In this document: positions 36,901 through 47,566 of the stretch, in pieces
Layout: each line of letters starts with the position of its first letter
How positions within the stretch are numbered: the first letter of the stretch is position 1
Made by a program: the position numbers and the translations under genes
The notes under the pieces: model-generated
The model's database searches: none
The model's input: the letters and a program-made list of their open reading frames with translations, nothing else
Told to the model about the DNA's origin: nothing
NCBI GenBank assembly: GCA_963805585.1
Contig: CAWDUR010000033.1
Location: 68,135 to 132,134 of the forward strand
Origin: an uncultured Chloroflexia bacterium
Lineage (GTDB): Bacteria > Chloroflexota > Limnocylindria > Limnocylindrales > CSP1-4
DNA: 64,000 nt
Direction: 5' to 3'

Positions 36901-38199
36901 TCAGGCCACGAGGTTGCCGCTGGCCCGCGCGCTGCGCAGGCCCTGCACGACGGCCAGAGCCAGGAGCAGGGCCGTCGCACCGAGGCTGATGCCCGCCAGC
37001 AGCAGGCCCGGCACGATGAGCGCCGACAGGCCCAGCGGGATGCCCAGGGCCAGGGCAGCGATGCCCACGTCGGCGACCACCAGGCGCGTGCCGCCGAGGC
37101 GGCCGAGCTGGCGGCGCTGCCGGGCGTGGGCGCCGGGGTCGCCCGGACCGATGGCCGGCACGAGGTGGGTCGCCGAGGCCAGGACGGCCAGCCCGACCCA
37201 GCCGGGCACCATGGGGCCGAGGAACGCCGTGGCGCTCGCGGCGGCCGGGTCGGCCCCGCTGCCGAGGAGTCGGACCGGGCGGCCAGGAGCGCGCCGACCT
37301 CGAACCAGGCGATGGCGGAGACGAGGCCGCCCATGGCGAAGCGGTGCCAGCCCTCGTCGCCCGTCCAGCGTCGACTTGGTGCGCCACGTCTGTCCTGGCG
37401 TAGACGGCCAGCGCGAGCGGCGCCGGCCAGGACGCAGATGGCGCCGGCCCGCACGAGCAAGTCGGAGCGGACGGCGAATCCGAGGGCCACCAGGGCGGTG
37501 CCGCCGGCGAGGCCCAGCGACGGTGAGCGTAGGCGCTGCGGACGCGCAGGATGCGAGCGCCGATGACGGTCGGGAAGAAGTGCAGCAGCGTCGTGGCGAT
37601 GACGAGCGAGACGAAGCCGACGAGGTTGAGCCAGGCGTGCGCGGGCCGCAGGTTGCCCCAGGCCTGCAGCACCGGCGTGACCCCGGCCAGGAACAGCGTC
37701 GCGAGGAGCGCTCCGCTGGCCACCAGGAGCAGGGAGGCGACGTAGCCCAGGGTCACCACGCCGCCCGTGCGAGCCAGCGGTCGGCGCATCGGGACGATCG
37801 TGGCGTAGGCGGTCAGGGCCAGGCCGCCCATGAAGGCGAGGCCGCCAGCCGCGGCGACCGGAGGCTGCGCGGCCCGCGTAGCCTGCGGCGACGAGCAGGG
37901 CGCCCAGCGCCACGGCCGACACCGATGCCCAGCGCACGCGTGCGTCGACCGGCTGGGTGGTGGCGATGGCGGCGCTGAAGAAGGGCATCATGCCGGCGAT
38001 GGCAGTGGTGGCGCCACCGGCCAGGGCCAGGTGCAGCGGCAGCCAGGTGCCCACCCGCAGCGACGCCGGCAGGAAGGCGGCCACGACGGCCGCGACGAGG
38101 AAGGCCAGCGGCCAGCGCGATGGCCACCATGGCCACCAGGCGGTCCGCACGACGGTCGACGGCCGTGCGACGGACGCCGCCGCGGTCGAGCTGGATCAC
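36901..38199 (-). CDS. Uncharacterised polytopic (~12 TM) membrane protein with conserved His in TM helices; at least five frame changes
   Basis: Traced through ORFs 37813..38199, 36831..38150, 35945..37831 and 36901..37212: (V)IQLDRGG.. / WPLAFLVAAVVAAFLP..WLPLHLALAGGATTAIAGMMPFF / LRPAHAWLNLVGFVSLVIATTLLHFFPTVIGARI / GWHRFAMGGLVSAIAWFEVGALL / MVPGWVGLAVLASATHLVPAIGPGDP..GISLGATALLLALAVV. It starts 28 nt after the ccsA stop on the same strand. I did not recognise a family. Confidence 0.5.
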
Positions 38200-38227
38200 G
38201 CTGTCCGCCCAGTGCCGCCGGCGCGCC

Positions 38228-39157
38228 CTACAGGCCCGAGTAGGCGTGCAGGCCGCTGAAGAAGAGGTTGCCGAAGTAGGTGAAGAGCACGGCCACGAAG
38301 CCCAGCACGAGGATGAGCGCCGCCGGCCGACCGGCCCAGCCTCGCTGGCTGCGGGCGTGCAGGTAGACCGCGTAGATGAGCCAGGTGACGAGCGCCGAGG
38401 TCTCCTTGGGGTCCCAGCCCCAGTAGCGACCCCAGGCGATGGAGGCCCAGTAGGAGCCCAGCACGATCATGGTGGCGAAGATCGGGAAGCCGATGATGAC
38501 GGAGCGATAGGCCACCGCATCGAGCAGCACGTGGCCCGGCAGCCAGGCGAAGCGATCCTCCTCGCCCTGGACGAGGTAGCCGACAGCCGCCGCGAACGAG
38601 ATCGGCCAGCACGCCGTAGGCGATCATGGCCATGGCCACGTGGACGGTCAGCAGCGGGGCGTTGTCGCAGGGCCGGGACGAGCGGCTCGATGGCGGCCGG
38701 CAGCGTGGCCGCGTAGCCGACCAGGAAGAGCGCCACGCCGAGCGGCAGGAAGGCCAGCGACCGGATGGGGTAGCGGTGCTCGAGCAGCAGGTAGCCGGCC
38801 AGGATGCCCACCGCGAAGGCGATGGAGAACTCGTACATGTTGCCCCACGGACCGCGGCCCACGATGACGCCGCGAGCTGCGAGGCTGCCGGCCAGCAGCA
38901 GGAAGCTGGCCCAGGTGAGGCCGTGGCCGATGGCCGCCAGCGTGGCGGCACCCGGAGCTGTCCAGGCCGCCGTGCCGGCCCGGTCGCGGCCGCCGGCCGG
39001 CGCCGGCTGCCGAGAGCGGCCGACTGGGCTCGGTGGCGAACCCTGCCACAGCGCGTCGCCCGGTCGCCAGGAGCGTCGTCAGGGCGATGGCGGCCACGAA
39101 GGCGAAGAGCAGCAGCAGCGCGCCGCTGACGAAGAGGTACTGGGAGAGGCTGGCCAC
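38228..39157 (-). CDS. ccsA: Cytochrome c biogenesis protein CcsA/ResC (haem-handling W-rich motif); at least three frame changes
   Basis: ORF 38228..38530 has the signature WASIAWGRYWGWDPKETSALVTWLIY. Upstream pieces: (V)ASLSQYLFVSGALLLLFAFVAAIALT (GTG 39157) / GPWGNMYEFSIAFAVGILAGYLLLE / APLLTVHVAMAMIAYGV. Confidence 0.85.
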
Positions 39158-39179
39158 GCCGTTCGGCGCCCGGCGCGGC

Positions 39180-39673
39180 TCAGGCTGCCGCGGCGCCGCC
39201 CTCGGGCGGGCCACCGGCTGACGCCACCAGCGAGCGGGCTCGAGCCGGCCCCGAGGGTGAAGCGCGTGCCGCAGGCGGCGCAGGTCTGGATGTCCGCCGC
39301 CCGGACGGTGCCGTCCACCGGGCAGGCCACGACCAGGGGCGCCTGGTCGATGGCACAGCGGCGTGCCCGAGGCGGGTAGACGAGGGCGTGTTCCTCGCAG
39401 TAGGGCACGTTGGCGGGGAAGACGCGGCGTGCCGTCGTCGGCGCGCGGGACGGGCGAGGCTTGTGCCGGGCTGCGCTGGACGCGGCCGCGCCGGCGCCGC
39501 AGGAGGTGCCATGCCCAGCCCAGAGCCAGCAGCGAGACGATGGGGCCGATGACGAAGAGGACGAGGGCCATCGGCAGCAGCTCGATCAGGCCACCCCAGT
39601 TGGGCACGAGCACGGTGCTCAGCCAGTCGAGGAAGGCGCTCCAGGGGTCCGGGGGCACGGCATCCGTGGGCAT
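39180..39673 (-). CDS. Membrane-anchored zinc-ribbon protein (hypothetical); one or two frame changes
   Basis: MPTDAVPPDPWSAFLDWLSTVLVPNWGGLIELLPMALVLFVIGPIVSLLALGWAWHLLRRRRG (TM anchor, ORF 38648..39673) continues in ORF 39079..39408: VPYCEEHALVYPPRARRCAIDQAPLVVACPVDGTVRAADIQTCAACGTRF. The stop is 22 nt before the ccsA start. Confidence 0.45.
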
Positions 39674-39682
39674 GGCGGCAGT

Positions 39683-40272
39683 CTAGCGTCGTCGTGGCAC
39701 CTTGGCGCCGCGACGGGGGTTGCCCCGCTTGCGAGTGGCACCGCGACCGCTGTCGCCAGGCTGGCCGCTCGTCGTCCTGTTGCGGTGCCGGCCTCGGGCG
39801 GGCGCGGCGGCCCGCCCTGCCCGATGCTGCGGCCGACGGCGCCGCCACTCCCAGCGGCCCACGGAGCCGGGGTCGTCCAGCTGGCTGACCAGCCAGTCCG
39901 GCGACCGGGTCAGGCCCCCGGCCCGATGGGCGCGCGTCCAAGAGGTCGCGGTCTCGCGTCACGACGACACTGCGTGCCCGGGCGTCGAAGGGCTGGCGCG
40001 AGAGCAGGTCGATGATGAGGTCGTCGGCGCTCCGGGACCCCGGCGTGGTGGAACTCGATCCCGGTCGCGACCCGACGGCGGCTCGTCTCACCCTGGGCTG
40101 GGTGCCCGTCGAGCGCCACCACGATCCACAGGCCGGGCGGCCGCCAGCGCGAGAGGCGGGGCAGCAGCCAGGCGACGCCGCCATCGTCCCGTCCGCCGCG
40201 GACGGCATGCAGCAGGTTGTCGCCGTCCACGAGGAGCAGCTCGAGTCCGTCGGGGTGCCGGGCGCTGCCCAT
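39683..40272 (-). CDS. NYN/PIN-like domain protein (YacP-like predicted RNA-binding nuclease) with an Arg-rich tail; about two frame changes
   Basis: MGSARHPDGLELLLVDGDNLLHAVRGG...LWIVVALDG.. (ORF 39910..40272) / SADDLIIDLLSRQ...ARSVVVTRDRDLLD / RAHRAGGLTRSPDWLVSQL...RKRGNPRRGAKVPRRR* (stop 39685-39683). Confidence 0.55.
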
Positions 40273-40307
40273 CAGCCGGGGAGGCTCCGGGTGGCTACCA
40301 TCGCGGC

Positions 40308-41115
40308 ATGCTCCTTCTCGTCGACCTGGATGGTGTCGTCTATCGCGGCCCCGAGCCGGTGCCCGGCATGCCGGAGCTGCTCAGCAGGCGTGAAGCCGCC
40401 GGCGACATCATCGTCTATGTCACCAACAACTCGCGCTGGCACCGCTCGGAGTACCGCGAGCGGCTGCTGGGCATGGGGGCGCCGGCCAGCCCGGAGCGCA
40501 TCCTGACCTCGGCCCGCGGCACCGCCCTGGCGCTGGCGCACCTGCCCAGCCCGCCCCGCCGGACGCTCGTCTTCGGCGGGCCGGGCCTGGCCCGCGAGCT
40601 CGGAGATGCCGGCCTGGCGACGGTCCCCTGCACGCTGGAGGGCCTGGCGCAGGGTCCGGACGCCGTGGCCGTGGGCGTCGACTTCGACCTCACGCACGAG
40701 CGCCTCTCGGTGGCCGCCGATGCCGTGCGCCAGGGTGCCTACTTCGCGGTCACGAATCGCGACCCCATCTTCCCGGTGCCGGGGCGCCTCATGGCCGGCG
40801 CCGGGCGCCATCGTGGCGGCCCTCGTCGAGGCGTCCGGCCGGCAGCCCGACCTCGTCATCGGCAAGCCGGAACCGGGCCTCCTGCGCGAGGCGGCGACCG
40901 TCGCTGGCGTGCCCGTGGAGGAGGCCATCGTCATCGGCGACGGGCTGCGCACGGACATCCTGGCCGCGCACCGCGTGGGCGCGCGCAGCATCCTCGTGCT
41001 CACCGGCGTGAGCACCGCGGAGATGGCCGCTGCGCTGCCGCCGCACGAGCGGCCCACGTTCGTCGTCGCGGATCCGACGGAGCTGGAGCCGCTGCTCGCC
41101 CGACTGGCGGCCTGA
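40308..41115 (+). CDS. HAD-IIA family hydrolase (sugar-phosphatase-like); one frame break near 40800
   Basis: MLLLVDLDGVVYRGPEPVPGMPELL...IIVYVTNNS..(motifs I/II) ..AYFAVTNRDPIFP continues in ORF 40606..41115: GAIVAALVEASGRQPDLVIGKPEPGLL...AIVIGDGLRTDILAAHRVGARSILVLTG. Confidence 0.8.
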
Positions 41116-41140
41116 TGACGCGCCTGGCCGATCGTCAGGC

Positions 41141-42205
41141 TCAGGCGGCAGGGGCTCGCTGGCCAGCCAGGCCTCGAAGTCGGCCCGCAGCCTCGCCCGC
41201 AAGGCCTCGTCGTGGTGCAGGAAGGCGGCCGCGATAGGCCTGCCTCATGGTCGTCACGATCTCGGCCGGTGTCAGGCCCAGGCGTCGCACGGCCCGCTGC
41301 AGCTCGCGCACGAGCGTCAGGTCGCTGACGGTGCGGTCGTCGGTGCTGATGGTGACGGGGACGCCGGCCCGCAGCAGGCGGGGGAGGGGCGCCTCGGCGT
41401 CGTCGCTGCCGATGCCGGCCTGGAGGTTGCTCGTCGGACAGAGGTCGAGCGTCACGTCGCGCGCCCGCAGCTCGGCCATGAGCGCCGGCGTCGTCGGCCG
41501 CCGGCGCGCCGTGGGCGATGCGCCACGGGTCGATCGCGAGCGCCGCACGCACCTGGGCCGCGCCGCCCCACTCGCCGGCGTGGCAGGTGATGCCCAGGCC
41601 GCCCTGGCGGGCGAGGTCGAAGGCGGCGGCGAAGTCGCGCGGGTCGGGTGCCAGGTGCTCGAGGCCGGCCAGGTCGAAGCCGGTGAGTCCGCTGGGCAGC
41701 GCCTCCACGGCCGCCCGCGCCACCTCCACGGCCGTCTCCGGCGCGTGGGTCCGAAGGGCCACCGCGATGAGCCGGACATCGATGCCGTTCGCACCGGCCG
41801 CCCTGGCGGCTCCGCGAGCCACGGCCGCGATGCCCTCGCGAAAGCGCAAGGCCCTCGCGGGTGTGGAGCGACGGCGCCCAGCGGATCTCGGCGTAGCGGG
41901 TGCCGTCGCCTGCGACGTCCTCGACGAGCTCGGCGGCGCAGCGCTCCAGGGCCTCGGCGTCCTGCAGGAGCGCCACGGGCAGGTCGAAGGCCCGCAGCAG
42001 CTCGGCCTGGTCCAGGCAGCGCGCAGGGGCCACGAGGCGCGCCCGCATGGCGGCCACGTCGGTCGGCAGGCCGGCCATGCCGGCCACCGCGGCGTTGCGC
42101 CAGGTCCACGGCCGTCTCCGGGCGCAGGGAGCCGTCGAGGTGCAGATGCAGCTCTGCCTTGGGCATGGCCCGCAGCCAGCGTTCCAGGGCGTCCGGCGGC
42201 GTCAT
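41141..42205 (-). CDS. Second adenosine/adenine deaminase-family (amidohydrolase) paralogue; at least four frame changes, C-terminus uncertain
   Basis: MTPPDALERWLRAMPKAELHLHLDGSLRPETAVDLA (ATG 42205) / LLRAFDLPVALLQDAEALERCAAELVEDVAGDGTRYAEIRWAP / GIDVRLIAVALR..GFDLAGLE...GLGITCHAGEWGG / LMAELRARDVTLDLCPTSNLQ...VPVTISTDDRTVSDLTLVRE. Confidence 0.75.
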   Translation of the reverse strand: MTPPDALERWLRAMPKAELHLHLDGSLRPETAVDLAQRRGGRHGRPADRRGRHAGAPRGPCALPGPGRAAAGLRPARGAPAGRRGPGALRRRARRGRRRRRHPLRRDPLGAVAPHPRGPCAFARASRPWLAEPPGRPVRTASMSGSSRWPFGPTRRRRPWRWRGRPWRRCPADSPASTWPASSTWHPTRATSPPPSTSPARAAWASPATPASGAARPRCVRRSRSTRGASPTARRRPTTPALMAELRARDVTLDLCPTSNLQAGIGSDDAEAPLPRLLRAGVPVTISTDDRTVSDLTLVRELQRAVRRLGLTPAEIVTTMRQAYRGRLPAPRRGLAGEAAGRLRGLAGQRAPAA

Positions 42206-42348
42206 GCCCGCACATGCTAGAGGCCTCGCGCGCCCGCCACGCGGCCACCGCCACGCAGGGGCGTCAGATAGACTCGGAGCGACCAAGCCAGCCTCAGCCG
42301 ACCGACCCCGACCGGGGTCCCCAGCCACGAAACGAGAGCGATCGCAGC

Positions 42349-43897
42349 ATGCGCCTGAACGTCGAGACCAGCTACCCGTGGGACATCGAGGCCGACGTCC
42401 TGGCCGTCCCGGTCCCTTCCGACATCGAGCTGCCGGAGTACCTCGCCGAGCTCGACCGGCGCCTGGGCGGTGCGCTCGAGTCGATGCGCACCCTGGGTGC
42501 CATCAAGGGCACGCTCTGGGAGGCTCGTCTCATCCCGGCCGTGGACATGGGCGTGCGCTTCGTCCTGGCCGTCGGCGTCGGTGACGGCCGTCGCATCGAC
42601 CGCCTCGGCGCCCGCCGGCTTGGCGCGGTCATCGTGCGCAGCCTGACCGGCTGCGACGTGCGGCGCCTGGCCGTGCACATCCCCGACCAGCTGGTGGATC
42701 GCGGCGGCGCCCTGCAGGCGGCGGTCGTGGAGCTCGTGACGCGCGGTCTCGTCGAGGGTGCCGCTGAGCCGTCCACGATCTACGGGGACCCGGATGATCG
42801 CCTGCCGCCGGCGCTCGACGAGTGCACCTTCACGGTCGGATCGGGCGACACTGAGACGCTCTATCGGCGTGCCCAGCGCGGCCAGATCATCGGAGACGGC
42901 AGCAACCGCACGCGGCGCCTGGCGCAGCGCGCGGCCAACGACGTCAGCCCGGAGGTCCTTGCCGACGAGGCCAGCGACGTGGCCCGCCAGTTCGGCATGC
43001 GGCTCAAGGTCATCGGCCCGGAGGAGGCCGCCAGCATGGGCATGGGCATGTTCATGGCCGTGGGCCGCGGGTCATCCAACCAGCCTCGCTTCATCGCTCT
43101 GCGCTCGGAGCCATCCGAGGAGCGCGACGCGCGCGGCCGCCTGCTGGCGCTGGTGGGCAAGGGCGTGACCTTCGACACGGGTGGCATCAGCCTCAAGCCG
43201 CCCGCCAACATGGGCGAGATGAAGACCGACAAGACCGGCGCCGCCACGGTCATCCACGCCATCGCCACCGCAGCCCAGCTGGCGCCGGGCATCCCCATGT
43301 GGGCGGTCGCGCCGGCCGTCGAGAACATGCCCGGGCCCCATTCCACGCGTCCCGGGGACGTGGTCCGAGCCCTGAACGGCAAGTCGGTGGAGGTCGCCAA
43401 CACGGATGCGGAGGGTCGTCTCATCCTGGGCGACGCCATGACCTGGGCCGAACGGCAGGGCGCCACGCATATCGTGGACGTGGCCACGCTCACGGGGTGC
43501 CATGACCCGGGCCCTGGGCCGTCACTTCACCGGTGGTTTCGGCGACCGCGATGACTGGTGGGCGGACGTGGCTGCGGCAGCGGCCCGCCAGGGTGAGCCG
43601 CTGTGGCGGATGCCGCTCGACGAAGACCTGCGCAAGGACTTCGATTCACCCTTCGCCGACATGGCCAACGTGGGCCCGCCGGAAGGCGGCGCCATCACCG
43701 CGGCGCTCTTCCTCAAGGAGTTCGTGACGGTGCCCTGGGTCCACCTGGACATCGCCGGCACGGCCTACCGCGAAAAGGCCGACCCGTGGGCTGCCCGTGG
43801 TGCCACCGGGGTCATGCACGCGACGCTCGTGGACCTCTGCCTCGACGGGGCGGACGGACCCATGTCGCTGTACGGGGAATCCGACCCGGAGCGCTGA
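42349..43897 (+). CDS. pepA: Leucyl aminopeptidase (M17 family); one frame break near 43500
   Basis: ATG 42349, in frame with ORF 41518..43554. LVGKGVTFDTGGISLKP...MKTDKTGAATV...VANTDAEGRLILGDAMTWA..HIVDVATLTG continues in ORF 43502..43897: ..PFADMANVGPPEGGAITAALFLKEFV..WVHLDIAG. Confidence 0.9.
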
Positions 43898-44559
43898 TCA
43901 GCCCTGCACGAGCGCGGCCACGATGGCCGCCCCGATGAGCGCTGGCCCGAAGGGGATGGCGGTCTTGAGCGTGATGCGCCGGCTCACGACCAGCACGACG
44001 ACGACGATGGCGAAGACCGTCATGGCCACCAGGAACCCGGTCAGCAGGAGTGACAGCCCGGACATCAGGCCGATGCTCACCGAGAGCTTCAGGTCGCCGC
44101 GACCCAGCGCACCGTGGAAGAGCCGGTCGCTCAGCGCCAGGAACGCCGGTGCGGCGATCGCTGCGACCACGGCGCTGATGGCGCCGGCGTCCTTGTCCGC
44201 CAGCAGGGGGTTCAGGGGGTGGCCCAGCAGCGGCGTGACCAGCGTGACCGCGGCCGTGTAGCCGATGAGCGGCAGGGTGATGAGGTTGGGCAGCAGGCGC
44301 TGGTCCAGGTCCGTGGCCAGAAGCACCATGAGGGCCGCCGCGTAGATGCCCAGGACCAGGAAGTCCAACGGGTCGCTCCAACGCGCCGCGAGAGCCCCGA
44401 ACGTGGCAGCGGCGGCCAGGACCACGACGACGCTGCGCCAGTCGACCGCGCGCACGCGGCCATCCTCGTGGGCAGGCCAGCGGCTGCCAGGCGGTCGGCA
44501 GCCAGGCCGAAGAGCGCACCCAGGACGGCGGCCGCGACTGCCTCAGGAAGTAGGCTCAC
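43898..44559 (-). CDS. Prepilin (type IV) signal peptidase, A24 family, peptidase domain only; one frame break near 44455
   Basis: ORF 43898..44455 has LATDLDQRLLPNLITLPL...GALGRGDLKLSVSIGLMSG. The N-terminus (V)SLLPEAVAAAVLGALFGLAADRL starts at GTG 44559 in another frame. Confidence 0.75.
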
Positions 44560-44859
44560 GCGGCGCGCGCACGGTCGCGCGAGGCATGCGGTGGCAGGTC
44601 TGCATGGCGCAAGCCTGTCCGCGCCGGTGTCCCGACGCACCGGCTCGAACGTACTATCCCGGGGTCCCGCGTGCGTCCGCTGGGTTTGCGGACGCCGCAC
44701 AGGGGGAGTAGCATGGCCGGCGACCGAAGCCGTGAATGTCGGTCGGCCCCCGTGCCCGGGGCGCTGCGTTCAGGCAGCAACATGGGAGTTGATAGTCGAT
44801 CGTGCCTAGCGTGTCCGCACGCGCGCACGGGACTGGTGTGTCCCGGTCCCTGCTCGCCG

Positions 44860-46171
44860 ATGCTCATGTTCGCCCTGCTGTTGGTGCTGCCGGTGACGGC
44901 CCCGCCACCGGTCGCCGCTGCCAGCCTCAAGGACCAGATCGCCGCGGCCAAGGATCGCCAGGCGGAGCTGACGGCCTCCATCGCCAGGTCGCAACGACTG
45001 GTCGAGGACCTCAAGCGCGAGGAGGCTGCCACGCGGGACGCGCTGGCCGCCACGAAGGAGGAGCTGACCGACATCCGCGCCGACCAGGACGCGGTGAGGG
45101 AGCGCATCGAGCAGGTCACCGAGCGGCTCGAGCGCATCGAGGAGCGCCACGCGGAGCTCGTCGACGAGCAGCGCCAGACGGACTTCACCTTGGGCCTGCT
45201 CGAGCAGGAGCTTGCCAACGGCGAGGACGACCTGAAAGCCCGGCGCCAGTCCCTGGGTCGGCGACTCGCAGAGGCTCATCGCGCGGAGAACACGACCCTG
45301 CTCGAGCAGGTCTTCACGGCCGAGTCGTTCTCAGACGTCCTGACGGACACCTCGGCCTATCTCGCCTACGGTGACCAGGACGCCCAGCTGGCCCGGCAGA
45401 TCACGCAGGACCAGCAGGCCCTGGACAACCTGCGCCTGCTGACGACGTCGACGCGCCTGGTAACGGACCAGCTGCGCCGCGCCACCCTGGAGACGCAGGC
45501 GCAGGTCGAGGAGCTGCGCGAGAACCTGCGCGAGGCCAAGGCGCGCCTGGCCCGCCTGGAGAAGCAGACGGAGAAGGCCCGGGAGCGCCAGGCTGCCCAG
45601 ATCCTGGCCCTGGCAGCCACCAAGAAGGAGGCGCAGCAGCGTGTCCGCGAGCAGATCGCGGCCCGGGCCCAGCTGCGCAGCCGCATCAACAACCTGGTCG
45701 CCTCGGCGCAGCGACGGGCCAGCGCCCAGTTCGGCGGCGTCGCTCCCGGCGGTGGCAACGGCATCTTCGACTGGCCCACGACCGGCTATATCAGCCAGGA
45801 CTACGGCTGCACCGGCTACTGGGTCAACCCACCCCGCGGCGACTGCCCGCACTTCCACGACGGCATCGACATCGCCAACGGCTCAGGCACGCCCATCCGT
45901 GCCGCTGGCTCGGGCGTGGTGGCCTTCATCGGCTACAACCCCTGGGAGTCGGTGCCGGCCTTCATGGTGGTCATCGCGCATGGCGGTGGCACGTCCTCCC
46001 TGTACGCCCACATGCTGCCGCAGTACCCGGTCAGCCAGGGCCAGGTCGTGCAGCAAGGGCCAGGTCATCGGCTACATGGGCAGCACCGGCGGCGCCTTCG
46101 GCACGCACCTTCACTGGGAGGTCTGGCAGGGCGGCGACTGGCTGCCCGTCGACCCGCGCGCCTTCCTGTAG
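44860..46171 (+). CDS. Secreted coiled-coil M23-family metallopeptidase (EnvC/PcsB-like architecture); one frame break near 46060
   Basis: MLMFALLLVLPVTAPPPVAAASL signal, then ~280 aa of coiled coil. The M23 core follows: WPTTGYISQDYG...HFHDGIDIANGSGTPIRAAGSGVV..SSLYAHM, continuing in ORF 45641..46171 with GQVIGYMGSTGGAFGTHLHWEV. Confidence 0.85.
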
Positions 46172-46207
46172 CCGGGCCCGCGCAGCGGCGCCGGAGGCCT
46201 GCGAGGC

Positions 46208-47485
46208 TCAGCGATCCTTCAGCACCCAGACCTGGCCGCCGTAGCCGGCGACCCAGAGCTTGTCGCTGGGGATGTCGTAGGTGACGCCGATGGGATGGAA
46301 GCCGAGGTAGCGATCCTGCAGCGTGGCGAGGTCGTCAGTGGCCAGCTTCACGATGCGTGCCGGGGTAGTAGTCCACGACGTAGAGGGCGCGACCGTCGTC
46401 CGAGATGACCGTCGTGCGCGGCTCCACGAGGGGCTCGCTGGCGGCCACCACGCGCTCCGCGGCGAAGGTCGAACTTGAAGATGCGCCCGTCCTCGCGGCT
46501 GCGGCTTGTCCTTGCCCTCCGACGTGATGTAGAGGTAGCGTCCTCCCGGGCTCATGACCAGGTGGCGCGGCCGCTCACCGACGCCCCGGATGTCGTCCAC
46601 GACCCGACGGCTGCGCATGTCGATGACGAGGACCCGGTCCTCACCCACCAGCGCTACGTAGGCCCGCCGACCGTTGGGACTGAAGGCGATGCCACGCGGC
46701 GCCACGCCGGCCGGGATGCGGTCGACCTCGCGACCCTCGCGCAGGTCAACGACGCTGATGTCCCAGGAGCACCAGTTGCCGACGAGCATGGTGCGGCCGT
46801 TGGGCGCGATGGCCAGGATACTTGGGCACCTCGCCGACCTGGATGGCAGCCGTCTTGCGCAGCGAGCGGGTCCCCATCTCGTAGACGAAGCTGCGGTCGA
46901 TGCGGTCGTCCGCGCGACAGAGGTCGAAGCCGGGGTGCTTGAAGCCCGGACCGTACATGCTGTAGTTGGAGACATAGATCTTGCGGCCATCGGGCGAGAC
47001 GGCGGCCTCGGCGGGAGCGCCCTGCACCGGTTCGGCGTACTCCCGGTAGCCGTGCCTGGAGAGGTCGATCGAGTCGGGGACGTCCCGGACGCGCTTGTAG
47101 TGACGGTCGAAGACCGTGATGGAGTGGCCGTACATCATGTTCATGGCGAAGACCCGACCATGCTGATCGGACACGATCGACTTGGGGGCCATGCCGCCGC
47201 TGATGGTGTGCACGAGGCGCAGGCGCCGCTCGTCTGCGGGCCGGTCGCTGCCGCGCTGGCGGTCTGGCTCGCGCGCGGGTCCGTCGGCCCTGACGTCCCG
47301 TCTGCGGCGCGGGCCTCGAGCGCCACCTGTACGGCGTCATGAAGCACCGCCAGTTGGTGGCTCAGCGAGTCCGCCACGCTGCCGAGGCCACCCGTGCTGC
47401 CCGCGGCGGGTGCCCAGAGCGCGGCAGCCAGGAACACCGACGCCAGGCCCAACCTGGAACCGAGCGACAAGCTCGAGTGGGACAC
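46208..47485 (-). CDS. Secreted YVTN/YncE-like beta-propeller repeat protein; at least four frame changes
   Basis: Signal: MSHSSLSLGSRLGLASVFLAAALWAPAAG (ORF 47141..47485). Repeats: APKSIVSDQHGRVFAMN, AAVSPDGRKIYVSN, PRGIAFSPNGRRAYVA, PRHLVMSPGGRYLYIT, HPIGVTYDIPSDKLWVAG, spread over ORFs 46746..47213 and 46208..46990. Confidence 0.7.
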
Positions 47486-47566
47486 GACGCTGAAGTGACC
47501 TCCGGTGGCGACTGCCAGGATGGCAGGCTAGCAAAGAGGCTGCGGTCTCGCCGTGCGGCTGGCCCG

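Noticed and set aside
40272-42254. 660-aa minus-strand ORF
   Set aside because: Only its central part (GIDVRLIAVALR...GITCHAGEWGG) is real, and it belongs to the second deaminase paralogue. The remainder is off-frame read-through and antisense to the HAD hydrolase gene.
44560-44859. Possible ydaO-type (c-di-AMP) riboswitch upstream of the first M23 peptidase, a context where this riboswitch is known in Actinobacteria
   Set aside because: Only loose resemblances are present (GGGGGAG, CCGAAGCCG, GTGAATG). The conserved AGCUAACC-type segment and the pseudo-symmetric helices are not evident by eye. It remains unverified; cmsearch with the Rfam ydaO-yuaA model would decide.
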